A DNA stretch of 40,877 nucleotides from contig CAYHFK010000002.1 in the NCBI GenBank assembly GCA_964355895.1, positions 1 to 40,877 of the forward strand, given 5' to 3'. Source of the DNA: an uncultured Bifidobacterium sp. (GTDB lineage: Bacteria; Verrucomicrobiota; Verrucomicrobiia; Limisphaerales; JADLHS01). Below, piece after piece: positions 17,661 to 27,213 of this stretch. The position numbers and the translations under genes are program-made. The number at the start of each line of letters is the position of its first letter. Within the stretch, counting starts at the first letter, position 1. Under the pieces are notes generated by a model. That model saw only the letters and a list, made by a program, of their open reading frames with translations. It did not search any database and had not been told where the DNA came from.

Positions 17661-17855
17661 CGACGGTTGCGGTTTTACAATTTCAGGCAGGCTGCCACGG
17701 CGCTCCTGATCTCCGCCGACTGTGCCGGAACCGTAAAGGAAATGATCGGCACCTGCCGCCAGCACCGGCTCGCAGATTTACCCGTCAACGATGGCCGTGC
17801 CAGTGGCTCAACTCTGAGGAAGAACACGTCCTTCGTTCCTGCCTTGTGAGGCTGT

Positions 17856-17900
17856 GATTTGCTCAAGGATTTGCTCAAGGAGGTTCATTTTGAGCAAATC
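17856..17900. promoter_or_regulatory. operator-like repeat cluster between the XRE gene and tRNA-Thr
   Basis: gatttgctcaagg (17856-17868) and atttgctcaagg (17869-17880) are in tandem, followed by the inverted copy ttgagcaaatc (17890-17900). Confidence 0.4.
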
Positions 17901-18000
17901 TCTGCATCTGCTTGCATCAATTCGACCGATCTAGTATCCTCTGCACAGTAGTGAAACGGGCCGATTTTACAGGGTTTCCCTGATTTATCAGGTTTCGGGT

Positions 18001-18075
<75 letters not shown>

Positions 18076-18430
18076 TCTTTAATTGCCTGAAAACATCATA
18101 AAACACCTGTTAAATAAGGGTTATATGCGTTTCTCGCTTTTCGTTCTCCCGTGCAAGCCGGTGCAACCCTCGGCAGCTATTTGCCGCTAAAAGCAGTCTT
18201 TTGGCAAATCGTCTGGCAAATCCATTCCTTGCACGCGATCAAATCAACGGTTGCTGTTTCGCAAGGCGCACCGGCATTTCACTCACTCGCAGATAATTGG
18301 AAGCCAATTTCGCGAAATCCTCATCGTGAGTGTACAGCACAGAAGCTTTTTGCGTATCCAAAACGCAGATGTGCAACCTACTCCCGGCTTACCCTTGCAG
18401 GGTGGCCGTTCGCAGTTCACCCTTTTGCCG

Positions 18431-19027
18431 ATGAAACCGTCGCCCCAGCCGCATCCGCAGCCCAAGACGCTCGACGACCTGATCGCCAACGCCGAGCACT
18501 TCGCGGATTTCTGCATGCGCAACTCGGGCAGCGTTACGCCCGCGCTCTTCTTCCTGGGGCCGGACGGCCAGGGCATGTTCTGTCCCGAGAGCCTCAAGGA
18601 CGCCAGCGCCAAAGACGACTTCGCCGACAACGCGCGCCTCGTCTGCATCGCCCACGCCGCGACGGCTTGCGTCATGACGCTCGAATCCTGGATGAAAACC
18701 GCCAAGCCCGGCGAAACCCTCGACATGACGGAAGCGCCATCCGAGGCGTTCGACCGACGCGAAGTCATCGTGCTCATGGGCGAGTCGCAGACCGGCCAGA
18801 GGCAGAAGATCCTGCCCATCATCCGCAGTGGCAACGGCAAGTTCTTCGGCTTCGGCGAACCCGAACTCCCGGAGCTGGACGCGATCAAGGGCCGCTTCAC
18901 GCAGTTGCTCCCGACGAAAGTTCCCGATGCCGCCATGCGTGACCTCGCCAAGGCGATGATGAAGATCAAAGGCGCTGGCCGCGCCACGCAGGGCAGCACA
19001 CGCCGCCTGCCCCGCTCCCGCCGCTGA
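18431..19027 (+). CDS. hypothetical protein (first ORF of the island)
   Basis: ORF 18251..19027, trimmed to the ATG at 18431 (MKPSPQPHPQPKTLDDLIANAEHF...), giving 198 aa. The composition looks coding. I recognise no family. Two other long ORFs overlap it in other frames. Confidence 0.5.
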   Translation: MKPSPQPHPQPKTLDDLIANAEHFADFCMRNSGSVTPALFFLGPDGQGMFCPESLKDASAKDDFADNARLVCIAHAATACVMTLESWMKTAKPGETLDMTEAPSEAFDRREVIVLMGESQTGQRQKILPIIRSGNGKFFGFGEPELPELDAIKGRFTQLLPTKVPDAAMRDLAKAMMKIKGAGRATQGSTRRLPRSRR

Positions 19028-19047
19028 CCGCCCGGCACTTCTTTTTT

Positions 19048-19075
19048 GATGCAAGTTCCCGCGCGAACTTGCATC
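19048..19075. promoter_or_regulatory. perfect 10-bp inverted repeat upstream of the DUF499 ATPase gene
   Basis: The arms are gatgcaagtt (19048-19057) and aacttgcatc (19066-19075), around an 8-nt GC loop. The repeat lies 74 nt before the ATG at 19149. Confidence 0.5.
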
Positions 19076-19148
19076 CTGCGTCACTCGATGAGCGGGCAGA
19101 TTATTGCAACGCTCCCAAAAAATGCTCGGCTCATTCCAATAAATCAGC

Positions 19149-22100
19149 ATGAAAACCGTTCGCGACGCTTGCACGCTCCAGCCCAACGCGCTGTCCGTCA
19201 AACTCAGTGACCAGATCGAGCAACTCGACGAGTTGATCCACGCCGCGGGCAACGGTGAAGTCTTTTTCAAAAGGACTCACATCACGCTGGGTATGCAGGA
19301 CCTCATCACCGAGGGCATCGCCCGCCTCGCCGGTGTTTCCACGCAGGCTATTTTTCATTTGAAGCAGGCCATGGGCGGCGGCAAAACCCATTTGCTCGTT
19401 GGATTCGGGTTGCTGGCCAAGCATCCCGCCCTCCGGAAGGCGTACTGCGGCGGCGACGCCAACTCCCAAATGTTCGGCACCGCTGACGTAGCGGCGTTCA
19501 ATGGCCGCAACAGTCCGCCGCACTTCTTTTGGGGCGAGATCGCCCAGCAACTCGGCAAGGCCGAAGTATTTCAGGAGTTCTGGGCTTCCGGTCCGAAAGC
19601 GCCGGATGAAAAAGCCTGGCTCAAGCTGTTCGATGGCAACGACCCTATCCTCATCCTGTTGGATGAAATGCCGCCTTACTTCGAAGACCTCGCCACTCGC
19701 CCGGTCGGCGCGGGCACCGTGGCCGACATCGCCACCCGGGCCTTCGCCAATCTGCTGACCGCCGCCGGCAAGAAGGCCAACGTCTGCATCGTCGTCTCCG
19801 ACCTTTACGCAGCTTACCAAACTGGCGGTGCCTTGATCATCCGGGCGCTTGACAACGCCAAGCAGGAGCTTGGCCGCGCCGAGCGCAACATCACCCCGGT
19901 TGACCTCGCCGCGAACGAAATCTACGACATCTTACGGAAACGTCTTTTCGAATCCCTTCCCGACCAGGCTGAAATTGACGACATCGCCGATGCTTACGGC
20001 CGGAAACTGGAGGAAGCTTCCAAGTCCAAGGTCGCCAATCGCGGCGCGGAGGCCATCGCCGCCGAGATCGCGGCCACCTACCCATTCCATCCGCGCCTCA
20101 AAAATGTCATCGCCCTCTTCAAGGAAAACGAGCAATTCAAGCAGACCCGCGGCCTCATCGAACTCGTCTCGCGCCTGCTGCGTTCGGTGTGGGATCGCCC
20201 GTCGAACGACGTTTTCCTCATCGGCCCGCAACACTTTGATCTGTCCATCGCCGAGGTGCGGGACAAGCTCACCGAAATCTCCGGCATGCGCGATGTGATC
20301 GCCAAGGACCTCTGGGACGCCCAGAAATCCGCCCACGCGCAGCTCATTGACCTCAGCACCGGCAAGGAAGCCGCCACTCAGGTCGGCTCGCTCCTGCTCA
20401 CCGCCAGCCTCTCCACCGCCGTCAACGCCGTGAAGGGCCTCAAGGAATCCTCCGAGACGGTTGAATGTCTCGTGTCCCCGTTGCGCGAGCCGTCCGAGTT
20501 TCTCGAAGCGTTCCAGCAGCTTGAAGAATCCGCCTGGTATGTTCACCACACCGCGGAGGGCCGTTACTATTTTGATCGGCAGGAGAATCTCACCAAGCTG
20601 CTCCAAAGCCTCGCGCACGACGCCCCGGACAATCAGGTGGACGATCTCATCCGCCATCGCTTGCGCGACATGTTCAAGCCCACGCGTAAAACCGCTTACG
20701 AAGAAGTCCTCCCGTTGCCGAAGCTGGAAGATGTGGCCGACAAGGTTCGCAAAAATCGGGTCCTGCTCATCGTCAGCCCGGACTCCAAAATCCCGCCGGA
20801 GGAAGTGCAAAAGTTTTTCGATGGCCTCAGCCAAAAGAACAACCTCTGCGTCCTCACTGGCGACAAGACCGCGATGGGCAGCGTCGAGAAAGCCGCGCGT
20901 CATGTTTATGCCGGGCAAAAAGCGGATGGTCGCATCCCGCTGGGCCACCCGCAGCGCGAAGATCTCGAAACCAAGCAGCGCACTTACGAACAGGACTTCA
21001 ACTCCACGGTCCTGAACCTGTTCGACAAAGTCCTTTTCCCCATCCATCGGGCTGGCAAAACCCAACCCCAACTCGCTCCCAAACCCCTCGAAACGACCCG
21101 CGACGCCAAGCTGCCTTTCGATGGCGAGGCGCAGGTGGAAAAAACGCTTACCTCGAACCCGCTCAAACTCTACCTGGATGTCGAAAAAGACTTCGACCCC
21201 ATCCGCGATAAAGCCCAGGACCTCCTCTGGCCGGAGAACCAGGACGAGGCCCGCTGGTCTGACGTGGCCGACCGTTACGCCGAGCAGGCCGGAATGCTAT
21301 GGCTGCCGCCCAAGGGACTCGACACACTCAAATCCATCGCCTGCAATCGCGGCCTTTGGGAAGACCTCGGCAACGGCTACGTCACCAAGAAACCCAAGAA
21401 GAAAAAGACCTCCGTCCAGGTCATCGCCGAATCCGAGCCGGACGACGAAGGCAAAGTCCGCCTGCGCGTGAACCCCCAAAATGCCGGCCCGGCCCCGCGC
21501 ATCCATTTTGCCGAGGACGCACCCGTCACCGAGAAAAGCCCGCAACTTAAAGACCAATTCCTTACGACCAAGGCGCTCCGGGTAAGCTTTCTCGTCGTGG
21601 ACCCGTCCAAGCAATACGAAACCGGCGATGTTGTGACCTGGTCGAACAAACTCGTTCTCCGCAACAACCTCAAGGAAAACGGCGGCCAGCGCGCCGTCGA
21701 ACTGCTCGTCGCACCCGTCGGCAAGATTCGCTACACCCTCGACGGCTCCGAGCCACGCGAAGGAGCGCTCTACGACCAGCCGGTCGCAATCGGCGACGGC
21801 GACGTTCTGATGCGCGTCTTTGCCGACGCCAGTGGCGTTGAGGCCAAAGCCCAGTTCAGCTACTCCGCCAAGGGCAAGAAAGGCGTGCAAGTGGACGACG
21901 TGAAACCCGGTCGCCTCATTTCCCGCACCGGGCGCAAGCTCGACTCGCGGGCCAAGACCTTTGAAGCCCTCAAGCAAGCCACTGAGAAATCCGTCACGTT
22001 CGAGAACGTCACTGTCAACGTCGGCACCGGCACCCAGGTTGCCACGTTCTTCGTCGGCGAGGTCGCGGTGAACGCCGCCTTCATCGAAGCCATCCTCAAA

Positions 22101-22238
22101 ACCACGCTGGAAAAGTTCGCCCCCGACACGCCCGTCACGATGACCTTCCGCAAGGCCCACTTCAATTCCGGCCACGACCTCAAGGATTTTGCCGAAAAGC
22201 TCGGTCTGGAATTGAACCCCGGTGACGTTGAGCAATGA
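19149..22238 (+). CDS. DUF499-type (BrxC/PglY-like) P-loop ATPase
   Basis: A 1029-aa ORF. Motifs: Walker A LKQAMGGGKTHLL (GGGKT at 19374-19388) and Walker B-like ILILLDEMPPYF. The overall size and N-terminal layout (FFKRTHITLGMQDLI) are typical of DUF499 proteins. Confidence 0.8.
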   Translation: MKTVRDACTLQPNALSVKLSDQIEQLDELIHAAGNGEVFFKRTHITLGMQDLITEGIARLAGVSTQAIFHLKQAMGGGKTHLLVGFGLLAKHPALRKAYCGGDANSQMFGTADVAAFNGRNSPPHFFWGEIAQQLGKAEVFQEFWASGPKAPDEKAWLKLFDGNDPILILLDEMPPYFEDLATRPVGAGTVADIATRAFANLLTAAGKKANVCIVVSDLYAAYQTGGALIIRALDNAKQELGRAERNITPVDLAANEIYDILRKRLFESLPDQAEIDDIADAYGRKLEEASKSKVANRGAEAIAAEIAATYPFHPRLKNVIALFKENEQFKQTRGLIELVSRLLRSVWDRPSNDVFLIGPQHFDLSIAEVRDKLTEISGMRDVIAKDLWDAQKSAHAQLIDLSTGKEAATQVGSLLLTASLSTAVNAVKGLKESSETVECLVSPLREPSEFLEAFQQLEESAWYVHHTAEGRYYFDRQENLTKLLQSLAHDAPDNQVDDLIRHRLRDMFKPTRKTAYEEVLPLPKLEDVADKVRKNRVLLIVSPDSKIPPEEVQKFFDGLSQKNNLCVLTGDKTAMGSVEKAARHVYAGQKADGRIPLGHPQREDLETKQRTYEQDFNSTVLNLFDKVLFPIHRAGKTQPQLAPKPLETTRDAKLPFDGEAQVEKTLTSNPLKLYLDVEKDFDPIRDKAQDLLWPENQDEARWSDVADRYAEQAGMLWLPPKGLDTLKSIACNRGLWEDLGNGYVTKKPKKKKTSVQVIAESEPDDEGKVRLRVNPQNAGPAPRIHFAEDAPVTEKSPQLKDQFLTTKALRVSFLVVDPSKQYETGDVVTWSNKLVLRNNLKENGGQRAVELLVAPVGKIRYTLDGSEPREGALYDQPVAIGDGDVLMRVFADASGVEAKAQFSYSAKGKKGVQVDDVKPGRLISRTGRKLDSRAKTFEALKQATEKSVTFENVTVNVGTGTQVATFFVGEVAVNAAFIEAILKTTLEKFAPDTPVTMTFRKAHFNSGHDLKDFAEKLGLELNPGDVEQ

Positions 22239-22291
22239 ACCGCTGCCAATATCACTATCAATTTACGCCGGTCATTCCGGCGAGCCGCTGT

Positions 22292-22317
22292 CCCTCGCCC
22301 GTTGGAACGGGAGAGGG
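22292..22317. repeat. GC-rich hairpin (REP-like) in the ATPase / DUF3780 spacer
   Basis: The sequence is ccctcgcccgt-tgga-acgggagaggg, with 10 of 11 stem positions paired. It is followed by ggccggaggccgg. Confidence 0.5.
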
Positions 22318-22388
22318 TGGCCGGAGGCCGGGTGAGGGTCGTCGGGGTAAAACCAATCAATCGGCTCGCCTTCCATTCACCAGCCCGC

Positions 22389-22979
22389 ATGAGTGAGAAA
22401 CTCCAATTCGTGGATTTCGGCGCGCCCGATAAATTCGGCGCGCACCTGTTTCGCGTCGAAATCCCGGCGGTGCGCACCGAACCCGTCCGCATCGTCGAGG
22501 ATTTCGGCTATCGCGGCCTCGAAGGCGGCATTCCCCGCGATGAAGACCGCGCGATCCTCATCCGCCCCGTTTGGTCCGGCATCGCGGACATCGCCCGGCG
22601 CGAGTTCAATGACCGGCTCAAAACCGCCAAAGTTACTACCGGCCGCTGGAAGAGTGGCACAAATTTGGTGGACCGCTTGCTCGGCAAGGAACTCTGCGTT
22701 CTCGCCTGGGCCGCCGAGCCAGCCAACGCCGACCAGCTTCCGGTAATTTGCAGCAAGTGGGCCGCGCTCCGTCCCGAGGAACGCTGGTGGCTTTTCTCCA
22801 TGACCGTCGCCGAGGCCGGCCTGCCGGAGGACACCCAGCGCGGCTGGCGGCGCGCCCTGTTCCTGGCGCTTTCCGACGGCGAACTTCCGCCCGCCGGCCG
22901 CAAGCGCCGCCGACCGGTCGAGAGTGACCTGTTCAGCCTGCCGTTGTTCGAGGTGGAAAGGATGAAGGCCAAAGCATGA
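22389..22979 (+). CDS. DUF3780-like protein
   Basis: ORF 22302..22979, trimmed to the ATG at 22389 (196 aa). The blocks REFNDRLK...LLGKELCVLAWAAE...LRPEERWWLFSMTVAEAG...RGWRRALFLAL match my memory of DUF3780. This has not been verified by a search. Confidence 0.65.
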   Translation: MSEKLQFVDFGAPDKFGAHLFRVEIPAVRTEPVRIVEDFGYRGLEGGIPRDEDRAILIRPVWSGIADIARREFNDRLKTAKVTTGRWKSGTNLVDRLLGKELCVLAWAAEPANADQLPVICSKWAALRPEERWWLFSMTVAEAGLPEDTQRGWRRALFLALSDGELPPAGRKRRRPVESDLFSLPLFEVERMKAKA

Positions 22980-24172
22980 AGGCCATGAAGAACGCGAAGG
23001 AGGCAACGGTGATAACCTCGCCGGAATACCGGCTGTTTATTGAGCATCTAAAGACACGCGTGATCTCCGCCCGCATCTCGGCGGCGCGGGCCATGAATCG
23101 CGAGGGCATCCTGCTCTACTGGGACATTGGGCGCGGCATTGCTGAGAAGCAGCGGGTTCTCGGTTGGGGAGAATCCGTGGTGGAGATGGTTTCGGCGGAC
23201 TTGCGGCGGGCGTTTCCGGGCCTGCGCGGATTCTCCGCAAACAATCTGTGGCTGATGCGCCAGTTCTTTTCGGAGTATTCCGCCGCCGAATTTCTTGAAC
23301 ACCTTGTTCAAGAGATGGAAAAGGAAAGGCGGAAAATTCCGCGACAGCCTGTCGCAGACTGGGTGTTGCCCGATCTCTCAAGCAAGTCCACCCATCCGTC
23401 CGCAATTCTTGAACAGCTTGTTCAAGAATTGCTGCCCGCCGTCCCTTGGGGGCATCACGTCGAGATTGTCAAGAAGGTCAAAGCCCCCGCCGCCCGCCTC
23501 TACTACCTCCGCGCCACGGCCGGCTTCGGCTGGACGCGCCACGTCCTCCTCAACCAGATCAAGGCCGGAGCGTATGAGCGGGCCGTGACGGAGAAGAAAT
23601 CCCACAACTTCCCGCTCGCCCTGCCCGAAAACCTCGCCGAGCAGGCGGACGAGATGCTCAAAAGCTCCTACAACCTCGAATTCCTTGGCCTCCAGGGCGC
23701 GGTCAAGGAGCGCGAACTTGAAGACCGGCTGATCTCCCGTCTGCAGGCCTTTCTCCTCGAACTCGGCTATGGCTTCTGCTTTGTCGGCCGCCAATACCGG
23801 CTCACTCTCGGCCAGAAGGAGTATTTCATTGATCTGCTTTTCTATCACCGGTTCCTCCGGGCGCTCGTCGCGTTCGATCTCAAGGTCGGCCCGTTCGAGC
23901 CGGAGTTCGCCGGCAAGATGGATTTCTACCTCAATCTGCTCAATGACAAGCAACGCGCCCCGGACGACCAACCCTCCATCGGTATCATCCTCTGCGCGGA
24001 AAAGGACGACGTGGAAGTCGAATACGCCCTGCGCTCCAAGAGCAATCCCATCGGCGTGGCCGTCTATCAACTCCAGTCGAAACTCCCGGCGGACCTGAAG
24101 GGAAAACTGCCGACGGCCAAACAGCTTGCTGACGTCGTGCGAACTGTGCTTCCAGAACGGAGCGCCCCATGA
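22976..24172 (+). CDS. DUF1016/YhcG-family PD-(D/E)xK nuclease
   Basis: A 398-aa ORF. The N-terminal DUF1016_N-like blocks are NREGILLYWDIGRGI and FSANNLWLMRQFF. The C-terminal nuclease core is ELGYGFCFVGRQYRL...YFIDLLFYHRFLRALVAFDLKVG. It has ATGA overlaps with both neighbours (22976-22979 and 24169-24172). Confidence 0.85.
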   Translation: MKAMKNAKEATVITSPEYRLFIEHLKTRVISARISAARAMNREGILLYWDIGRGIAEKQRVLGWGESVVEMVSADLRRAFPGLRGFSANNLWLMRQFFSEYSAAEFLEHLVQEMEKERRKIPRQPVADWVLPDLSSKSTHPSAILEQLVQELLPAVPWGHHVEIVKKVKAPAARLYYLRATAGFGWTRHVLLNQIKAGAYERAVTEKKSHNFPLALPENLAEQADEMLKSSYNLEFLGLQGAVKERELEDRLISRLQAFLLELGYGFCFVGRQYRLTLGQKEYFIDLLFYHRFLRALVAFDLKVGPFEPEFAGKMDFYLNLLNDKQRAPDDQPSIGIILCAEKDDVEVEYALRSKSNPIGVAVYQLQSKLPADLKGKLPTAKQLADVVRTVLPERSAP

Positions 24173-27100
24173 CTACTTCAGCCTTCAGCCTTCAGCCTTT
24201 ATCCTTGCGCGACGCCCCCGCGCTCATCGAGCGGCTCCTGCCCGTCCAGAAACTCTCCGCCGAGGCTTACAAGGAGCAGATGGCGGGCAGTGGCAAGACG
24301 CTGACCGCGCTCGGTTCCTATTGGAAAGGCCGAAAGCCGCTCATCTTGAACAAAGCTTGTATCCTTGGCTGCCTTCTCCCAGCGACCGATAATCCCAAGC
24401 GCGACCTTGAGATTTTCGAGAAACTTATGGCGATGGACGATGAATCCTTCGTTGCCCGCTGGCCCCGCCGTGCCAAACCCCGCGAAATTCTCGCCACCCT
24501 GAGCATCGCCCGCATCGCCGATTACTTCGTTTCCGACCCGCCGATGCTCCTGCCGTCGTCGGCACCGGTGGATTGGTCGAGGCCAGAGTTGGAAAATGTG
24601 AAAGTCCAGTGGCGCGATGACATCACAGAGTTGGAGCGTCGCCATCTTGAAGCGCAGATGCTCCCCAAGGCGACCTATCGTGAGCGAGTGGATGAGGCAA
24701 AGCGCTCCGAGGAAATTATGGACACGATGCACACCCATATCTGGGAAGCTGTCAATACACACCTCGGCACAGACGCGCAGTCGTTCCCAGAGTTGGTGGA
24801 ACAGCTTGGCATGATGCGTTTCGGCCACCGTCCTCGCGTGGCCGACACCTTCTGCGGCTCCGGTCAGATTCCTTTCGAGGCCGCTCGGCTCGGCTGCGAT
24901 GTGTACGCTTCTGATCTGAATCCAGTCGCCTGCATGTTGACGTGGGCGGCAATGAACATTGTCGGTGGTTCAGCGGAGAGCCGCGGCCTCTTAAAAGCGG
25001 AGCAGATGCAGTTGGTGCGACGCGTTCAACAAGACCTTGAAGGCTTGAATGTCGAGAGTGATGGAGCGGGCTGGCAGGCCAAGGCTTACCTCTACTGCGT
25101 GGAGGCCCGTTGCCCGCAGAGCGGCTGGCTGGTGCCCTTGATTCCGAGTCTCGTCATTACCCGGCCTAGAAAAGGCGAAGGCGGCTTCGTCGTCGCCCAA
25201 CTCCATCCCGACGTCAAGTCCAAGCGTTACGACATCGTCATCAAGGTCGAGGCCACGCTCACAGAGGTAAAGAGTGCGGATGCGGGCACAGTTAGATCAG
25301 ACGGTAAGGGGCAAGAGCCCTACATGGTCCACATGGTCGATGGCACGGAGTATAGAACCAAGATTTCCACACTGCGGGGCGACTATCGCGGAGAAGATGG
25401 CCGCAATCTAAACAAACTCCGGTTGTGGGAAAAGGAGGATTTCAAACCCAAAGCCACGGATGTTTTTCAAGAGCGCCTTTACGCCGTACAATGGATGCGT
25501 CAGAAGCCAGGGAAAAGGACTTTCGATTATGAGTTCCGAGCCGTCACGGCCGAAGATCTCGAGCGAGAGCGCATCGTCGAGGATTTCGTCGGAACACACC
25601 TAGCGGATTGGCAGGCCAAGGGCTGGGTGCCGGACATGCGGATTGAAGCCGGGGCCAAGACAGACGAACCCATCCGCACTCGCGGTTGGTCGCACTGGCA
25701 CCACCTTTTCACTCCGCGTCAGCTTTTGTTGGCTGGACTGTTGAAGAAACACATAACCGCCAAGACGGCTCTCGGAGTGGCTCAGGTGCTGAATTGGAAT
25801 AGCAAGCTGTCGCGCTGGAATCCAGGCAGCGGTGGTGGCGGTTCAGTTCAAGACACTTTCTACAATCAAGCGCTTAATGCCTTTTTTAATCATGGCTGTC
25901 GCGCCTCTCGCAACGCGCTTTCCTTGATTGAACAGGAAGCGTTTTCTTTTCCGATCGCCGATGCCACCTCAATAAAGATCGCGAATCAAGAGGCAACTAA
26001 TTTCGACGCCTCAGTCGATCTTATCGTGACCGATCCACCTTATGGCGATGCGGTGTGTTATGATGAGATTCTCGATTTTTTTATTGCGTGGCTTCGGAAG
26101 AACCCACCGAATGAGTTCGCCGCTTGGGTCTGGGATAGCCGGCGCTCCCTTGCAATCAAAGGCGAAGATGAAGATTTCAGGCGCGGTATGGTGGCCGCCT
26201 ACAAGCGAATGGCCGAATGCATGCCGGACAACGGCATTCAGGTCATCATGTTCACGCACCAATCGGAGAGCATTTGGGCGGACATGGCGAATATCGTTTG
26301 GGCTTCCGGCCTGCAAGTAACTGCGGCGTGGTATGTCGTCACAGAATCGGACAGCGCACTCCGCGACGGCAGCAACGTCAAAGGCACCGTTCTCCTCGTC
26401 TGCCGCAAGCGTCGCGGCACGCACAAAACCACTCGCGACGACCTTGCGTGGGAAATTCAGGAGGAAGTTGAAAAGCAAATCCGCGACCTCACCGGTCTGA
26501 ATCAGGAAGCCAAGGGCCTTTACAGCGACGAAAACGTTTTTGAAGACGCCGACATCCAGATGGCCGGCTACGCCGCCGCACTTCGCGTGCTCACCCGCTA
26601 CGCCGTCATTGATGGTCGCGAGATGTCCGCAGAAGCCATCCGCCCCCGCGTAAAAGGTGAAACTACTTTCGTGGACGGTCTCATCGCTTTCGCCGTGGAC
26701 ACCGCCAACCAGTGCCTCGTCCCGCAAGGCATCCCGAATGCACACTGGAAGCAATACACCGGCGCAGAAAGGTTTTATCTCAAGCTGCTCGATCTCGAAG
26801 CCAAGGGCCTCAAGACATTGGACAACTACCAGAACTTTGCCAAGGCGTTCAAAGTCCGGGATTTTCGCGCCCTCATGGGCAGCCAACGCGCCAACGAAGC
26901 CCGGCTCCGCAGCGCCGTCGAGTTCGGCAAAAACGAAATGAGCGAAGGCTCGGAACTCCACCAATCCGTCCTCCGCGCCGTCCTCTACGCCATCATGGAA
27001 CTGGCCGGCAACCTGGACGGCAATGACGTTCTCGCCCATCTCACGCTCAACGTGCCGGACTATTATTCCAACCAAACCCAGCGCGAGCGCGTCATCGAAC

Positions 27101-27201
27101 TCGCCGACTACCTCGCCAAAAAACTCGAAACCCTCCGCCCCGACGAAGCCAGCGCCGCCCGCGTCCTGCGCGAGATGGTAAAAAACCAACGGCTGGGATA
27201 A
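24169..27201 (+). CDS. DUF1156-type DNA methyltransferase (exocyclic-amino, DPPY)
   Basis: A 1010-aa ORF with a divergent DUF1156-like N-terminus (LIERLLPVQKLSAEAYKEQ...SYWKGRKPL). Motif I is DTFCGSGQIPFEAARLGCDVYASDLNP (FCGSG at 24850-24864). Motif IV is LIVTDPPYGD (DPPY at 26032-26043). There is about 390 aa between the two motifs, including CVEARCP. Confidence 0.8.
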   Translation: MTTSAFSLQPLSLRDAPALIERLLPVQKLSAEAYKEQMAGSGKTLTALGSYWKGRKPLILNKACILGCLLPATDNPKRDLEIFEKLMAMDDESFVARWPRRAKPREILATLSIARIADYFVSDPPMLLPSSAPVDWSRPELENVKVQWRDDITELERRHLEAQMLPKATYRERVDEAKRSEEIMDTMHTHIWEAVNTHLGTDAQSFPELVEQLGMMRFGHRPRVADTFCGSGQIPFEAARLGCDVYASDLNPVACMLTWAAMNIVGGSAESRGLLKAEQMQLVRRVQQDLEGLNVESDGAGWQAKAYLYCVEARCPQSGWLVPLIPSLVITRPRKGEGGFVVAQLHPDVKSKRYDIVIKVEATLTEVKSADAGTVRSDGKGQEPYMVHMVDGTEYRTKISTLRGDYRGEDGRNLNKLRLWEKEDFKPKATDVFQERLYAVQWMRQKPGKRTFDYEFRAVTAEDLERERIVEDFVGTHLADWQAKGWVPDMRIEAGAKTDEPIRTRGWSHWHHLFTPRQLLLAGLLKKHITAKTALGVAQVLNWNSKLSRWNPGSGGGGSVQDTFYNQALNAFFNHGCRASRNALSLIEQEAFSFPIADATSIKIANQEATNFDASVDLIVTDPPYGDAVCYDEILDFFIAWLRKNPPNEFAAWVWDSRRSLAIKGEDEDFRRGMVAAYKRMAECMPDNGIQVIMFTHQSESIWADMANIVWASGLQVTAAWYVVTESDSALRDGSNVKGTVLLVCRKRRGTHKTTRDDLAWEIQEEVEKQIRDLTGLNQEAKGLYSDENVFEDADIQMAGYAAALRVLTRYAVIDGREMSAEAIRPRVKGETTFVDGLIAFAVDTANQCLVPQGIPNAHWKQYTGAERFYLKLLDLEAKGLKTLDNYQNFAKAFKVRDFRALMGSQRANEARLRSAVEFGKNEMSEGSELHQSVLRAVLYAIMELAGNLDGNDVLAHLTLNVPDYYSNQTQRERVIELADYLAKKLETLRPDEASAARVLREMVKNQRLG

Positions 27202-27213
27202 CCTGAAGCAAGC

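Noticed and set aside
17277-17765. 162-aa minus-strand ORF overlapping the XRE gene
   Set aside because: It has no recognisable features, whereas the plus frame shows a textbook HTH_3 pattern. The two cannot both be real.
18151-19270. ORFs 18151..18942 (+), 18283..19074 (-) and 18389..19270 (-), overlapping the 18431-19027 ORF
   Set aside because: They are Arg/Pro/Ala-rich alternative frames. I kept only the frame with balanced composition and a plausible ATG, and even that is low confidence.
19932-22235. Minus-strand ORFs 19932..21071 (379 aa) and 21297..22235 (312 aa)
   Set aside because: They are antisense to the 1029-aa ATPase ORF. No motifs are present.
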